64,000 nt of DNA, taken from the NCBI GenBank assembly GCA_053919585.1, contig CM132795.1; one strand, 5' to 3'. The notes below the pieces were generated by a model. That model saw only the letters and a list, made by a program, of their open reading frames with translations, was not told the origin of the DNA and did no database searches. The stretch comes from Euprymna scolopes (lineage: Eukaryota). Shown here in pieces: positions 14,868 through 26,149 of this stretch (the stretch's first letter is position 1; every line of letters starts with the position of its first letter). The position numbers were made by a program, and so were the translations under genes.

Positions 14868-15452
14868 CACTAACAGACCAACCGACGTTGTCCAGTGGTG
14901 AAACACGCATAAATATTATATTTCAATTCATGCAGATGTGTTTATTATAAATAGAAATACAGTATGTATTAAAGTTAAAGCTAAATTCCTTTAAAAATGA
15001 AGTAAAAAAAAACGAAAGGAAACTTTGATATGTGCATGCGATTATTATGTTTTTTCTAAACAGTTCACTTCTTCTAAGTTAAAAAATACTCCTTAAATCA
15101 AAACAGAAGCCTTAAGACAGTAAGCCAAGTACGATAACTATTAAGCCAGCTTGACACGGTCTTTTAAATGTGTTTTAAAACCTACTTATTCTTTGCATAA
15201 GTAATCTGTCACGCAAACGATTCACGCATGCGCATTCGTGGAATATTGAAAACAGATAAAAATCCGATGATTCGTGCGTAACAATTTTTCATTTTGCCCT
15301 CTAAACAGCCCTTTCTTGAGGAAAACAATTTGAAAGTTTTCCACGTGACCGAATACCCTATACATATAAATTTCAAGCTTGTAAATCAACATTACATTGA
15401 GTAAATAGGTTAGGAAGTGTCCTCGCACACATTTTCACTTTTACAGATATAT
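14868..15452 (-). mobile_element. Non-autonomous Helitron-like repeat
   Basis: Left end ACTAACAGACCAACCGACGTTGTCCAGTGG resembles the reverse complement of the hairpin+CTAG 3' end at 2690, 30741 and 45621; right end ACAGATATATAG. Confidence 0.45.
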
Positions 15453-15591
15453 AGGTGATGGCTTCTGAGGGTACTTGAACATCTTTTTGCTTTTCAATAA
15501 ATTGTGCCATATTAACAAGACAATTTTAATAAATTGTGCCATATTAAGAAGACATCTGTTCGAGTGGAATCAACCCATTGTAAACACACAA

Positions 15592-15630
15592 TTGATTGGT
15601 CCAATTCTTTCTTTGTCAGTTATAAATAAA
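15592..15630 (+). promoter_or_regulatory. Putative core promoter of family copy 1 (ATTGG at 15595, TATAAA at 15621)
   Basis: TTGATTGGTCCAATTCTTTCTTTGTCAGTTATAAA; motif and spacing recur upstream of the paralogues; ATG lies 84 nt after the TATA start. Confidence 0.6.
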
Positions 15631-15704
15631 ACTTTTTTTTTTAAAAATCTAAAAGAAAAAGAAATGTATAAATACAATACAACGACACAATTGCCGATGT
15701 CATC

Positions 15705-15944
15705 ATGGAAGTTGGTACAACTAATCCCATCAACGCGGACAATTCTCAAGGCCCAACCGGAGCCGTTCCTACTGTGGATATCTTTTTCTTGTCGAAAATC
15801 TTCAACTAAATCCTTCTAGTTCTTTTTATCATTGTTGTGATTCTTTTTATGCGGTTCTGCTTTTGGTTCTGTAAGAAATGTATCAGTCGCACAGTCATTT
15901 ACTCCACTATTAAAACCTCGGAGTGTACCTTAGTTTTGAACTAA
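15705..15944 (+). pseudogene. Small single-pass membrane protein family, copy 1, with an in-frame TAA at 15807-15809
   Basis: Manual translation MEVGTTNPINADNSQGPTGAVPTVDIFFLSKIFN*ILLVLFIIVVILFMRFCFWFCKKCISRTVIYSTIKTSECTLVLN*; the TM followed by RFC matches the paralogues; absent from the ORF track. Confidence 0.65.
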
Positions 15945-16229
15945 TTTGTCAACCGGACGATTCACCTTAATTCAAATATTTTTAGTCTTTAAACTGAATT
16001 GCGTATAATATTCCACTGCATGATTTTTTTTCTTAAAGTTATTTCTTGGTCTAAATTTAAATATTCTTGGCCTAATTTATTTTGAACACGTTCGGCAAAA
16101 TATCTGAAGTCTTATACAAGCGCCTACATAAAAAAAAAACTTACATGCTGTAAAATAAAAATAAGCCCCACTCCAATCTCCCTCATCTTAATGATGTACT
16201 TCCATTTCTTGGAATAAAGATTTTTTACC

Positions 16230-16776
16230 AAGAATTCTATAGTTTTGGTTTCGATTATAGCTGATTGCACTAAAGTAATTTAATTTTGTTATAAATAATT
16301 GTACTAATACTACTTCGGTTTCGATTATAGCTGATGACGCTGCAATAACTTATTTTTATAGAAAATTTTATCAATAAGTTCTCAAGTTCTGGTTTCGCTT
16401 CCAATTATAGCTAAAAGAACTAAAGCTATATATTTGAAATTATGTTTCGATTCCAACTGATAAACCCAAATTATATAGATATATTTGCGAATTTTGAAAT
16501 CGCAACTTTATAATATATAAATTCGATAGAACATTAACAGTATAACATGCACGAATTAAAATATATTTATGCATATTTTACGACATGGCTACGCCAGGGG
16601 TCCCTACTAGCTTAGATAACTACTTTTGCAGTTGTAACAAAATAGCTACAATAACATCAGAGCGTCTCCTTTTACGTTGAACATCTACAGAATGCCAACA
16701 TTTAATATATTACGTATAAATTAGTCCCCCGTGGGATTTCCACAAGACCCGCTAGTGAAACTATATTACTATATTG
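16230..16776 (+). mobile_element. Non-autonomous Helitron-like repeat (family H3)
   Basis: Internal GTTTCGATTATAGCTGAT subrepeats; ends GTGGGATTTCCAC hairpin ...GCTAG^T; homologous to 17379-17790 and 46889-47440. Confidence 0.65.
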
Positions 16777-17378
16777 TGTTTTTAGTTGAATCTCTGCTCC
16801 TATATCTTTGCACGATTTGATAATCTACAGAAGATTAAACTGAAGTGAGTACGCACAGACTGCATGAAAGTCGACAGTAGAATAATTTTTGAAAAAGTAA
16901 AACGAATTTTGGGATAATTATAGCCTATAAACCTAACATAAAGGAATTACGCACTTTTGGGCCACACGTTAAATCCGGCTGATAACTGCCTAACAATGTT
17001 AGACCCTGAATGGAAAGATTTTCCTAACAATTTCCAATTGAAAAAAAAAACTGCAGAAAACAGGTTTTTATAAACCAAAATGATTTATATTGAGGCATAT
17101 TCGATGGTAAGCTTCCGGTGTGTATTTCCTGACAAAATATTTAAATATGCTTGATGATACCAGTGCCCCAAACGCTAAAAAGCAAATGCACAATTTAAAT
17201 GACATAAAATACCTAAATACTAATCAGGATACTTTTAAGCTTTAAATTTCTTTTTTAAATTTAAAGTAAACTCTTTAAAATACATAAAATTATCCAGCAT
17301 ATTAGAACAAATCTGGCAATTTGAATTCGTATTAAATAGTCCTTTAATTGTGGATAGTCTGTTTAACCTCAAATAGAC

Positions 17379-17683
17379 CTAGCGGGGCCTGTTGAATTTC
17401 ACAGCGGACTCTTTCATATGTAATGGATTCATGTTTGCATTCTGTTGATAGTCTGCATAAATGGGAACGCCATTTTATTTTGTAGCATTTTTGTTAAAAC
17501 TGCGAAAGTGTCTAAGTTAACAGAGACACCTGACGCAGCCCAGTCGTAAAATACGCTTAAACACATTATATTTTGATTTATGCAGATCCCGTATATATTA
17601 TCGGCAATTATCTATCAATTCACTTTAAAAAATTGTGATCGCAATATGACTTTGGTGCATTATTGTAACTGAAACCAACTGAA

Positions 17684-17730
<47 letters not shown>

Positions 17731-17790
17731 TTCCCTCAACCATAATGGAAACTGAAACCAAAACTTTAAAGAATTATTGGTATAACTATT
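17379..17790 (-). mobile_element. Helitron-like repeat family H3, inverted copy containing (TA)n
   Basis: CTAGCGGGGCCTGTTGAATTTCACAG... is the reverse complement of the end of the 16230-16776 copy. Confidence 0.65.
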
Positions 17791-17904
17791 GAGAGGAAAT
17801 AAATGACTTGAGTGCCATCAGATATAACCCAAACAGAAACTGATGAAGAATTTTGGTAACATTATTTATTATAAGAAATAGATAATATTCTATGATATAA
17901 ATCT

Positions 17905-18740
17905 TATCTATCTGTTTAAATATATCTATATATGTATGTTTGTATATCTGCCGATAACTTAAGACAGAGGAAACCAATGTTTACATGATTGAATTCTTTT
18001 TGGACCGCGACCCTCCGGACGACAAATATCGAAAAATTGACAAAAAGAATTCAATCCTTCGCCCTCAACTTGGCCCTTGTCTATTGGGAGGGTTCGCTTT
18101 TTTTCGCCTATATTTTTGAAAGTCATCCCCTCTTTTCGATTGACTAGCCTTAATTTAAACATTCGTCACTTCCGGTTTGACGACGGGCGCACCGGCAAAG
18201 ATGTCACTTTTTTTCACGATCTGTTCTTCCTTCACAGTACGAGTTCGAGACTGCCAGCCTACTACCACTTTTGTCCCCCAAAACACACCTCAAATACTCG
18301 GGCAATGTCGGGCACACAGGCTATTCTATAATATAAATCTCATCTCTCTGTTTAAATGAATGTGTGTATGTTTGTGTGTCTTTTCAAAACTTTCGACAGA
18401 GGCGACGGATTTTCATGAGATTGGTGTCATTTTGAAGATCGACATCTCGAAAGACAAATGTCGGAAAATTGGCCCAGAACATTAATTCTCTCAACTGGGC
18501 ACTTTCTACAAGGAGGGGTCGATTTTTGAGAGCCATTTTAGCAAGGCATCGTATCGGTTGGATTGACTTTGTCTAATTTTAATGTTTCGAACTTCCGGTC
18601 CCATCGTGTAGTAGCGACAGGCGATTTTCTTTCTTTTTCTTTTCAGCCTTCTCGCCACGGGTTCTAACCATTCTACCTTCTACCAGCTTGCTTAACACAC
18701 CTCCAAACACCCGGACAACGTCAGACACCCAGGCTTATTG
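17905..18740 (+). mobile_element. Two tandem diverged copies of Helitron-like repeat family H2 (~17905-18325 and ~18326-18740)
   Basis: Both contain GTATGTTTG...GACAGAGG...ACAAAT.TCG.AAAATTG and end with a CGG(G/A)CAA(T/C)GTC-type hairpin; homologous to 30742-31155. Confidence 0.65.
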
Positions 18741-19404
18741 AATATAAATATGATACACATACAAGATGTTATATTAAATATAAATGGCAATCTTACAAGA
18801 AAGGATTATCCATTGTTGGATCCGGTAAATTAGAAAGATAAATTAGTAATAAGATACTTAAAATATAAATATAGAATTACATAAGAAACACAGAAAAAAT
18901 ATGTGTTCAGTGTTTATTTCGTTTCTTAAATGCGTGTAGTTTAGATTAGACGAATGTCATTATATGATTACTTTCGTTTGGCACTGTGCGACGCATAACT
19001 AATGTTTTAACAACAAAAAAAAATCTATAAATTGATATTATATTCACAGTTGAGTTCTTAAATTAGACGATTATTTTGGCAGTATTAAGTGTAACAATGC
19101 GCGATTTAATATTTCAAAGAGATATTTTCCACGAAGAACTTGGTATATAGTCATTTTTGTTGAATATAAAACAGCGCAATTAAATATTACAAGAATTATA
19201 ATCTTGGGATATTTATTAACATTTTGTAGTTTGTAAAATAATGCATTTGACATTTTGATGCTGTAATTTAGTAAGAGTTCTTCTTTTTCGGGGCTTATTA
19301 GTTTCTTATACCCGGGTTAGCAAATTTAAATTTTCTTATATCCGGATTGTTGCACTGTACATTAACACTGTTTCTATTTTGGGACCAGAAAAATGTCTCA
19401 TATA

Positions 19405-19670
19405 ATCACAGCATAACCACATTTCACACACCGGTTTCCGTCAGATCACTGAAGTTAAGCAAAGATGAGTCTGGCCAGTATCAGATGGGTGACAATTTGG
19501 GACTTCCAGCTGCTGTGTGTGCTCTTCGCATTTTTTCCAGTGGTACTGGACTTTTCCTTGCCAGTGGATTCAAACAGTGCCGATTCAGGAGAGGTATTGT
19601 TGGAGATTGCGTCACCCTTGCCTCATGATTACACACGCAGCTGCCCCTACAGGGGGATATCCTTTGTTTT
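19405..19670 (+). mobile_element. 5S rRNA-derived SINE (SINE3-type), head plus body
   Basis: 19405-19520 is collinear with eukaryotic 5S rRNA (GATCACTGAAGTTAAGCA box A-like, GATGGGTGAC box C-like, GCTGTG end); the downstream body is shared with 23285-23520. Confidence 0.8.
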
Positions 19671-19955
19671 TCGAGACGGAACGGACGCATCGACTTATAT
19701 TCGTGCCTCTTATATCCGGGTTATACAAATCAACGTTTTGCGAGTGGGCTCATGTTAAAGACTGAGTCCTGACAAGTTGAGAAGCGAGATGTCTGTTCAC
19801 ATTATATTTAAACATTTACAGGGTAGTACTGTCAGGAAAACAGGAACAGGGTTAGAATTCCAACGTCAAGCAGTTCTAGGGAAGAAAGCATTAAATTTGA
19901 AGACTTTCCGTCATTGAAAGACTCAACTGAGAGTGTGCAGGTGAGAGTTTGCTGC

Positions 19956-20092
19956 NNNNNNNNNNNNNNNNNNNNNNNNNNNNNNNNNNNNNNNNNNNNN
20001 NNNNNNNNNNNNNNNNNNNNNNNNNNNNNNNNNNNNNNNNNNNNNNNNNNNNNNNNNNNNNNNNNNNNNNNNNNNNNNNNNNNNNNNNNNNN
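19956..20092. other. Assembly gap (N run)
   Basis: Run of Ns. Confidence 1.
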
Positions 20093-20534
20093 GTCATGAC
20101 ATGATCAATGCATTTTTCATTAACGTACTTTTAAAGACTTTTAAATTAAACAGAGGTGCAATATTGCGGAGACAGGACAGAGGTTTAAACGTGGTTGATA
20201 GTTCAAAACCTATTAGATTTAACACTGAGGGAGGGCTGTGTCTAAGAGTTAAAACATGTTTTGGATGCATCAGCTCAGATATGACAGCATATCACATGCA
20301 TGAGCAGATCGCTTCTATGAAAAGATATTGGATAATATCTGATATAAGTAAATTAGCGAAATATGCACAGCAAGCAAAACGATTCCTACTTATAATTTAT
20401 TTCTATTATTATTTTTTTCATTTAACTAGTTTTGAAAAGACACCGTGTCCTTAATTATATTTTTAATTTTCATGTTTTGGAATTATTAGAGTTTTTAAAT
20501 TTTTTGTAGACTGTTTTCCCCATCTTCATGGTAG

Positions 20535-20700
20535 TTTTTTTCACCTCGTTTCAGCTAAATAATCTTCTTACATTCTTCGAGTGGTTAATCGCGACGAAAT
20601 AGTCTTGTAACTGTATCTCCAGTAATAACTTCCTTCCATAGTTGTTGCTGTCTCACCACGTTTCGACCAAATAATCGTCTGAGTTGCTTTATCTAGGATT
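20535..20700 (-). mobile_element. Penelope-like terminal motif remnants (two partial copies)
   Basis: TCACCTCGTTTCAGCTAAATAATCTTCT...GTGGTTAATCGCGACG and TCACCACGTTTCGACCAAATAATCGTCTG resemble the left arm of the 58171 palindrome. Confidence 0.5.
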
Positions 20701-21325
20701 TAAACAGCTATCATCGACAATGATCCCCTAGAACCATAAAGACAACGTTTTTATCCATTGCGCCATGTGCCACGAAGATTGATCAAGGTTTTTATTGTAT
20801 AATTTATGAATCTAATTATGTTTTTATCTGGTCTTCCATTGTCGGGTCCCTACTGAATGCTATCGAAAAAAAAACAACAACTATGAGAACGGGATAACAG
20901 TTCGTAAAAGGATGAATACACTGTATCCTTAATCAAACAATTTAACCAAATCACAATGTCTTATCTAAGAGGCCAGCTATTTTCTAATAAGCAAAAATCG
21001 ATGTTTGTATTCGATTCAATGAGTTCAAGTGTGCATTCAATAAATATCATCAGGTCTTTGGGTTTTTTTCGATTGCAATTGAGCCAAGATTAAAGTGAAC
21101 CATAAAAAATGCTTAAATAAGCCGTGCATTTTACTATTACCATTTAAATCTTAATTAGTAGTTATTTATAAATGAATCTTCAAATAAATTACTACATTGT
21201 AGACCCCGCACATGAGTCCGCATGAGTTGTTATATGTTCTGGGATCGAACCATGTATCTTTGTATTACAACCGTGTAAAGATAAATGGTGACCAAAGAGT
21301 GTAACACTTTTATAAGAAGAATTAT

Positions 21326-21365
21326 TTGATTGGTCAAACAACTATTCTTTTTCTGTTATAAAAAG
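21326..21365 (+). promoter_or_regulatory. Putative core promoter of family copy 2 (ATTGG at 21329, TATAAA at 21357)
   Basis: TTGATTGGTCAAACAACTATTCTTTTTCTGTTATAAAAAG; ATG lies 78 nt after the TATA start. Confidence 0.6.
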
Positions 21366-21434
21366 AATGGATCCGGTAAATCTGTTCATCATTGACTACG
21401 ACTTTGAAAGAAAATATTCCTAGAGGATCTTAGT

Positions 21435-21695
21435 ATGGAAGGAACGCAAGATAACACTACCTTGCAGAGTAACGATAGTTTCACGGATCTGCCTACAACT
21501 ACGTTATCACCGTTCTCTGACGAATACCAATTTGATTTCAAACTTCTGTTCGCTTTTGTTTTTGGTGTAGTTTGTTTCTTTGGCGTGGCATTCCTAGTGC
21601 GTTACTGCATTTCCTTCAGTAAGAAACCTATCGGGATGTCTAGGGTCGTGACTGACCCAGAACTGTGCACTGACAAGATTTTGGATAATGTATAG
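21435..21695 (+). CDS. Small single-pass membrane protein, 86 aa (family copy 2)
   Basis: ATG with A at -3 and G at +4; sequons NTT and NDS; S/T/P-rich acidic N-terminus; TM LLFAFVFGVVCFFGVAFLV followed by RYC..KK; 13/29 ungapped identities with copy 4. Confidence 0.75.
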   Translation: MEGTQDNTTLQSNDSFTDLPTTTLSPFSDEYQFDFKLLFAFVFGVVCFFGVAFLVRYCISFSKKPIGMSRVVTDPELCTDKILDNV

Positions 21696-23284
21696 CGCCA
21701 CCTTCATCTGATGAGCACATTACGACAGTCGGGAACACTTGCCTGGCTGAGAAGATAAATCTTCCAAAAGATGATGCAAAATATTTGGATACATATTTAA
21801 CTGAGCAGACCTACAAATCACAAACTCTCGTTTATAAAAGCTTATAATATTACGAATATTTTATTGAACCAGTAATTTTACTGCACACAATTGGCGAAGT
21901 TTTATTTTAATAGAAAATTGCATCGCCATAATCGTTCCTTAGTTCTATCTTTCAAATGAATGTTGATATTGAGCTTGAAACAAGAACAAGAAATATGTAC
22001 CAATACTTCTGAGCTACCAGTCTTTAAATAATTTGCATTTGCTGCGTTACATGTGTAATGCAATGCCAGAGCATGACCTATACATATACAATCCATTACA
22101 ATATAAGTTTTTCTTGTAAAATGTATTGCATTTTAATATTTACAGTATCTTGTATTGTATTCAAAGACCTGTTTACATCGTGTTATATTTAACGTTCTAA
22201 ACGATTAACTTTCCGAACTTTACATTCAATTATTTTAACTCTGGATTCTGTACAAAATTTTACATCGTCTTTTTAAATCTGGGTAGATATATTTTGTTCG
22301 GTCCGTTTATAAACCTGTATAGAAAACAATCTCAAAGCCCCGCGTTGGTATAACCAAATGAACCCATCAGAAGGAAAAATGTCGATCTTTAATTTTAAAC
22401 TAATACTCTTATATTTATAACTGAACCTTCCAAAATGCAGTAAATCTGTAATTTAATCGGTTTTTATTGTAATTACAAAGATATTCTTTTTCAAAAACCC
22501 CTTTCTGATTCACTAAATTCTGCTTCTCAGCAAGCTTGAACCATGAAAAACTTCATTTTCTTTATGTTCGTATAAAAAAAAACGTGAATTTAAGGAACTT
22601 TTTTCTGTTTTTAATGCACGAGACTGCCTTGTGATAAATATCTCCTTCCCGTTTACTATTTAACACTGTCAGTTTATTAGATTTCCATGTAGTTTAATTC
22701 ACATCCGTAATTTTACTTTCTAACTATAAATCCGCTTATGCAAGTGCGACGCCACTAATATGCATGGCTAATTAAAACCATTTTTATTTTGTCAATTGTA
22801 AATTATAGTACGCAGCTTTTTCATGTGGAAAAGTATGTCTGCATAAAACGTTATTACGAAATGTTTACACTAATCTGTTAGCAATACTTGTTTCAACTTT
22901 TTTAAATTCTGATTAACTCTAAACGCGTACCCTAATTTTAGGTTATTGCTGTTGCTACAATAGAGCATGTATACGATTCTAGTTATTAACTAGATGCTAA
23001 GCTAAAATAGCTTTTATCTGAAGAAAAAATATTGTAATAGTCTCTTACAAATTATCTAAATTCCTGACTAATTATTTTTTTAACTGATGTAAAAAAATCT
23101 GTCCCTATCCATCTGACATTTTTATTTTACTCTATAACTCGAATAACTACATTTACAAGTTTTGCATTTGATCCATAAATCCCGGTATCACTATTATCCA
23201 CCTTTAATTTTAATGTTTCATAAACTTTACTAAAGTTCGGTCAATCAAGATTTTAACTCTGAAATCATACGTTAGTGTTCTTCC

Positions 23285-23520
23285 CCCCCCCCGGATGTTG
23301 AGCAAAAATGTCACTGCTACTGTAATTATTCGTAAGTATTGCGCAATCTCCGACCACATTTCTCCTGAGTCGGCATTTTGTGGAAATTCAGGAAGATTAT
23401 ATGCATGGTGCAGTAAGCGGAGGGCACATACAGCGTCTGTTATGATCAAATAGTCGGCTATCTAATCCTAGCCAGAATCGTCGGTGATGTGACAAGAACT
23501 GGTGTGCAGACGTTAATATG
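23285..23520 (-). mobile_element. 5S-derived SINE, diverged copy
   Basis: Reverse complement contains CACACCAGTTCTTGTCACATCACCGA...GCTGTATGTGCCCTCCGC...TGCCGACTCAGGAGAAATGTGGTCGGAGATTGCG, matching 19405-19670. Confidence 0.7.
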
Positions 23521-23723
23521 CTATAATTAAGGATTGCTCAATATTAACGATCCTTGTATTTTTTAGATTTTCTTCTAAGTGATTAGTCGTCAAAACAAGA
23601 AGTGTATCTGAACATGGGACGTCTTCAAGATGAGAGCCGTTCATATCAATATAGACCAGATGTACGTCAGAGCATTGATGATGGAAAATAGATTTTTTTC
23701 TTTTACACACACGCATCACTAAA

Positions 23724-25460
23724 TTATCAAGGCCAATAGGCCACTCAAGGATAAGGGTTAAAGAGTGTACAGTAGAAATTGGACAATATATTACTCATTA
23801 GTAATGGAAATTCGATAAATTGTTTAACTTAGTTGGAACGGCTCATCAAGAACTTGGTTACGTTAGACTTGAAGACAACCATATTGTAGTCAGCAGCAAA
23901 ACGGAAGACAATTCCACAAAACGGAAGACAATTCTAAGAAAATTTGTTCATGGAATCTACGTTTAGGTTTAGCCAGATAAAGAGTTGGTTGATTATTTAT
24001 AGTGTTTTAAGCTAGACAAGTATTTCTTGTGAAAGTTTGGCGAGGAAGGACCATAGACTGAATCTCAGTCGAACACTTTCCATGAAAATAACGATACATT
24101 AAGAGACAAACTCGCAACATCTCTTCTGTGAGATAGAGGTTGCAGAGAAGAGAAAAGGACATCTCCTACGATGCTACGAAGTCTATTTTTAACTATATAA
24201 AGGCAGGGCAAGTCCTTTCTAGCAGCTCCTGCCAAGATGTGGCAACAGTATTCCATCCTTGGACGTACCTGGCTCTTATATAGATAGAGAATTGCATGAG
24301 CAGTGAGATATCTACTTGATCGATAGAAAGATCCCACCATTTTTCCACGTGTTCAATTTAAGATCAGGAGTAGTGGTCAAGCCTAGAAGTCACTTATCTA
24401 AAAAAAAACACTTCCGTCTCCAAAATGCAAACTGTAGAGAATAATTTAAGTTTTAATAACAGCGTTCAAAAGACTTTTTTAAATTAACAGTTAAAAGAAA
24501 AGCGTGATTTTATTCTGGACTTTAGCTAGTCACGTTTTAAGAAACTTGCGATATAGAAGAAAAGCGGATAGGGGGGGGTCTTCCGAAACTTAGTTGGTGA
24601 CGTTATAAGTAATTGCGAGATAAAATGGAAGCAGGATTAAGGGGTGGGGACTGAAATAATAATATAATGGATTGAGTCTATGCAATATTTAAGATCAACT
24701 TGGTAGATATATAAACATTTATGGACGAGAAAAGCTAGCATTTAATAAAACAATGCATTAAAATTAATAAGACGCCCTTTTCCCCCATTGCACCACGCAT
24801 TCAAGATAACAGGACAGAGAATCAAAGATCTTGTCTGTTTCGTGTCTTAGAAATGTTGCCATAGATGTTAGTGCCGTCTGGATAAATATCTACGAATGAT
24901 CTAAGGATGTGATTTAGATCATTGGTGCAGATCAAGTAGAGTTGAACCCAGAATGGAACTGTGAGGGACGCCGCAATTAATACTGTCAGCTTCTGATTTC
25001 TGCCCATCAACAACTGCTCTTATGAATCTATCAAAGAGGAATGATTTAATAATTAAGCACTTTTCAGCTATTGTGTAGCAAACCTTTATGTCATTCCTTA
25101 TCGAAGGCATTTGCTATGTCAAGAGCACTTGCCCTAGAAACGAAGCCTACGTCGAAAGATTCACTTATCTTGTGAGTAATGCTGTTAGAACTTCATCTGT
25201 AGATCTAGACGAGCAGAATGTTTGCTTTTTACGATTAGTTTGTTTTTACTGTGTCCGACAGTCAACCCATCTGAGTCACTTGTCTTTTTTCCCGAACACC
25301 TAACGAGTAGTTAGGTTTGTAGATATCTCAGATACCTCGTAATTGGGCTAAAAGATATTGCACCTTTGTTTTAATTTGGTCAGGCCAAGAGTACTATTGG
25401 CGAGACTCTTATTTAGTATCGGAAAATGGGAATCATTGTAATCGCCAAGAATGAGATTTT
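23724..25460 (-). mobile_element. CR1-like LINE (family A), internally deleted copy with unrelated sequence at ~24390-24780
   Basis: On the minus strand: LILGDYN (APE-like, ~25440), ALDIANAFDKE*HKGLL (~25080-25130), GVPHSSILGS, LYKSQVRPRMEYCCHI, then the 3' UTR at 23724. Confidence 0.85.
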
Positions 25461-26149
25461 TCATGTTTTTAAAATAGTTTTCATTTTGTTTGGAGAGATT
25501 GTTGTATGACTGATACATTTTTACTTTAGTTTAGTAAAATAGTTGGATGATTACTGGCCTTAGACTTTTTATGGTAGTTACCCCAAAAGAAACTAATCGG
25601 AATTAATTTTGCAGAATGCGACAACTGCACAGTAGCTGAATGAATATATTCATTCTTGTTTTGTAGAAAATGATAATTCAATCAGTATATGAAGAAATAG
25701 ATCGATTCAATGTTTTCAGTTTGTAAAAATACATTCGTAAATAGAATAAATATATTTTCATAAATTTTATTAAAATTAATTCATAACCGAAAAGCAAATA
25801 ATGTTTATCGTCATTGCTTCGTTTCTAGTAATAATTTAACAACAGCCACTCAGAAGAAAAGGATCTAAACGTGGCACAAAAAAATACATAATAACATAAC
25901 TTAATAAAACAAATAATTGTGAAAAAATGATTAAAATTGATTGCGTGTATTATGTAGTAAACGCAATTTTATTAATATATAAATAACTTCAATCGTAATC
26001 ATTATTTTTTCCCACGATTAATTTTTATGCATTTTTTTATAGAATTATGAATGTGGAATCATCAATATTTTGAATTAGTAATCCATATTTATCATTGTAT
26101 TACGACTGCGGTTGTTTTTTAAATAACGATGTATTTAGTTAGGAAGGAA

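Noticed and set aside
15475-15819. 114-aa ORF in the track
   Set aside because: TTG start and it runs across the putative promoter; the family-like reading is in the 15705 frame.
16245-16460. Repeated GTTTCGATTATAGCTG units with spacers, superficially CRISPR-like
   Set aside because: Degenerate, irregularly spaced subrepeats inside a dispersed eukaryotic repeat; no cas genes.
19405-19520. Functional 5S rRNA gene
   Set aside because: Too diverged from the 5S consensus, not in a tandem array, and continues into a body shared with another dispersed copy.
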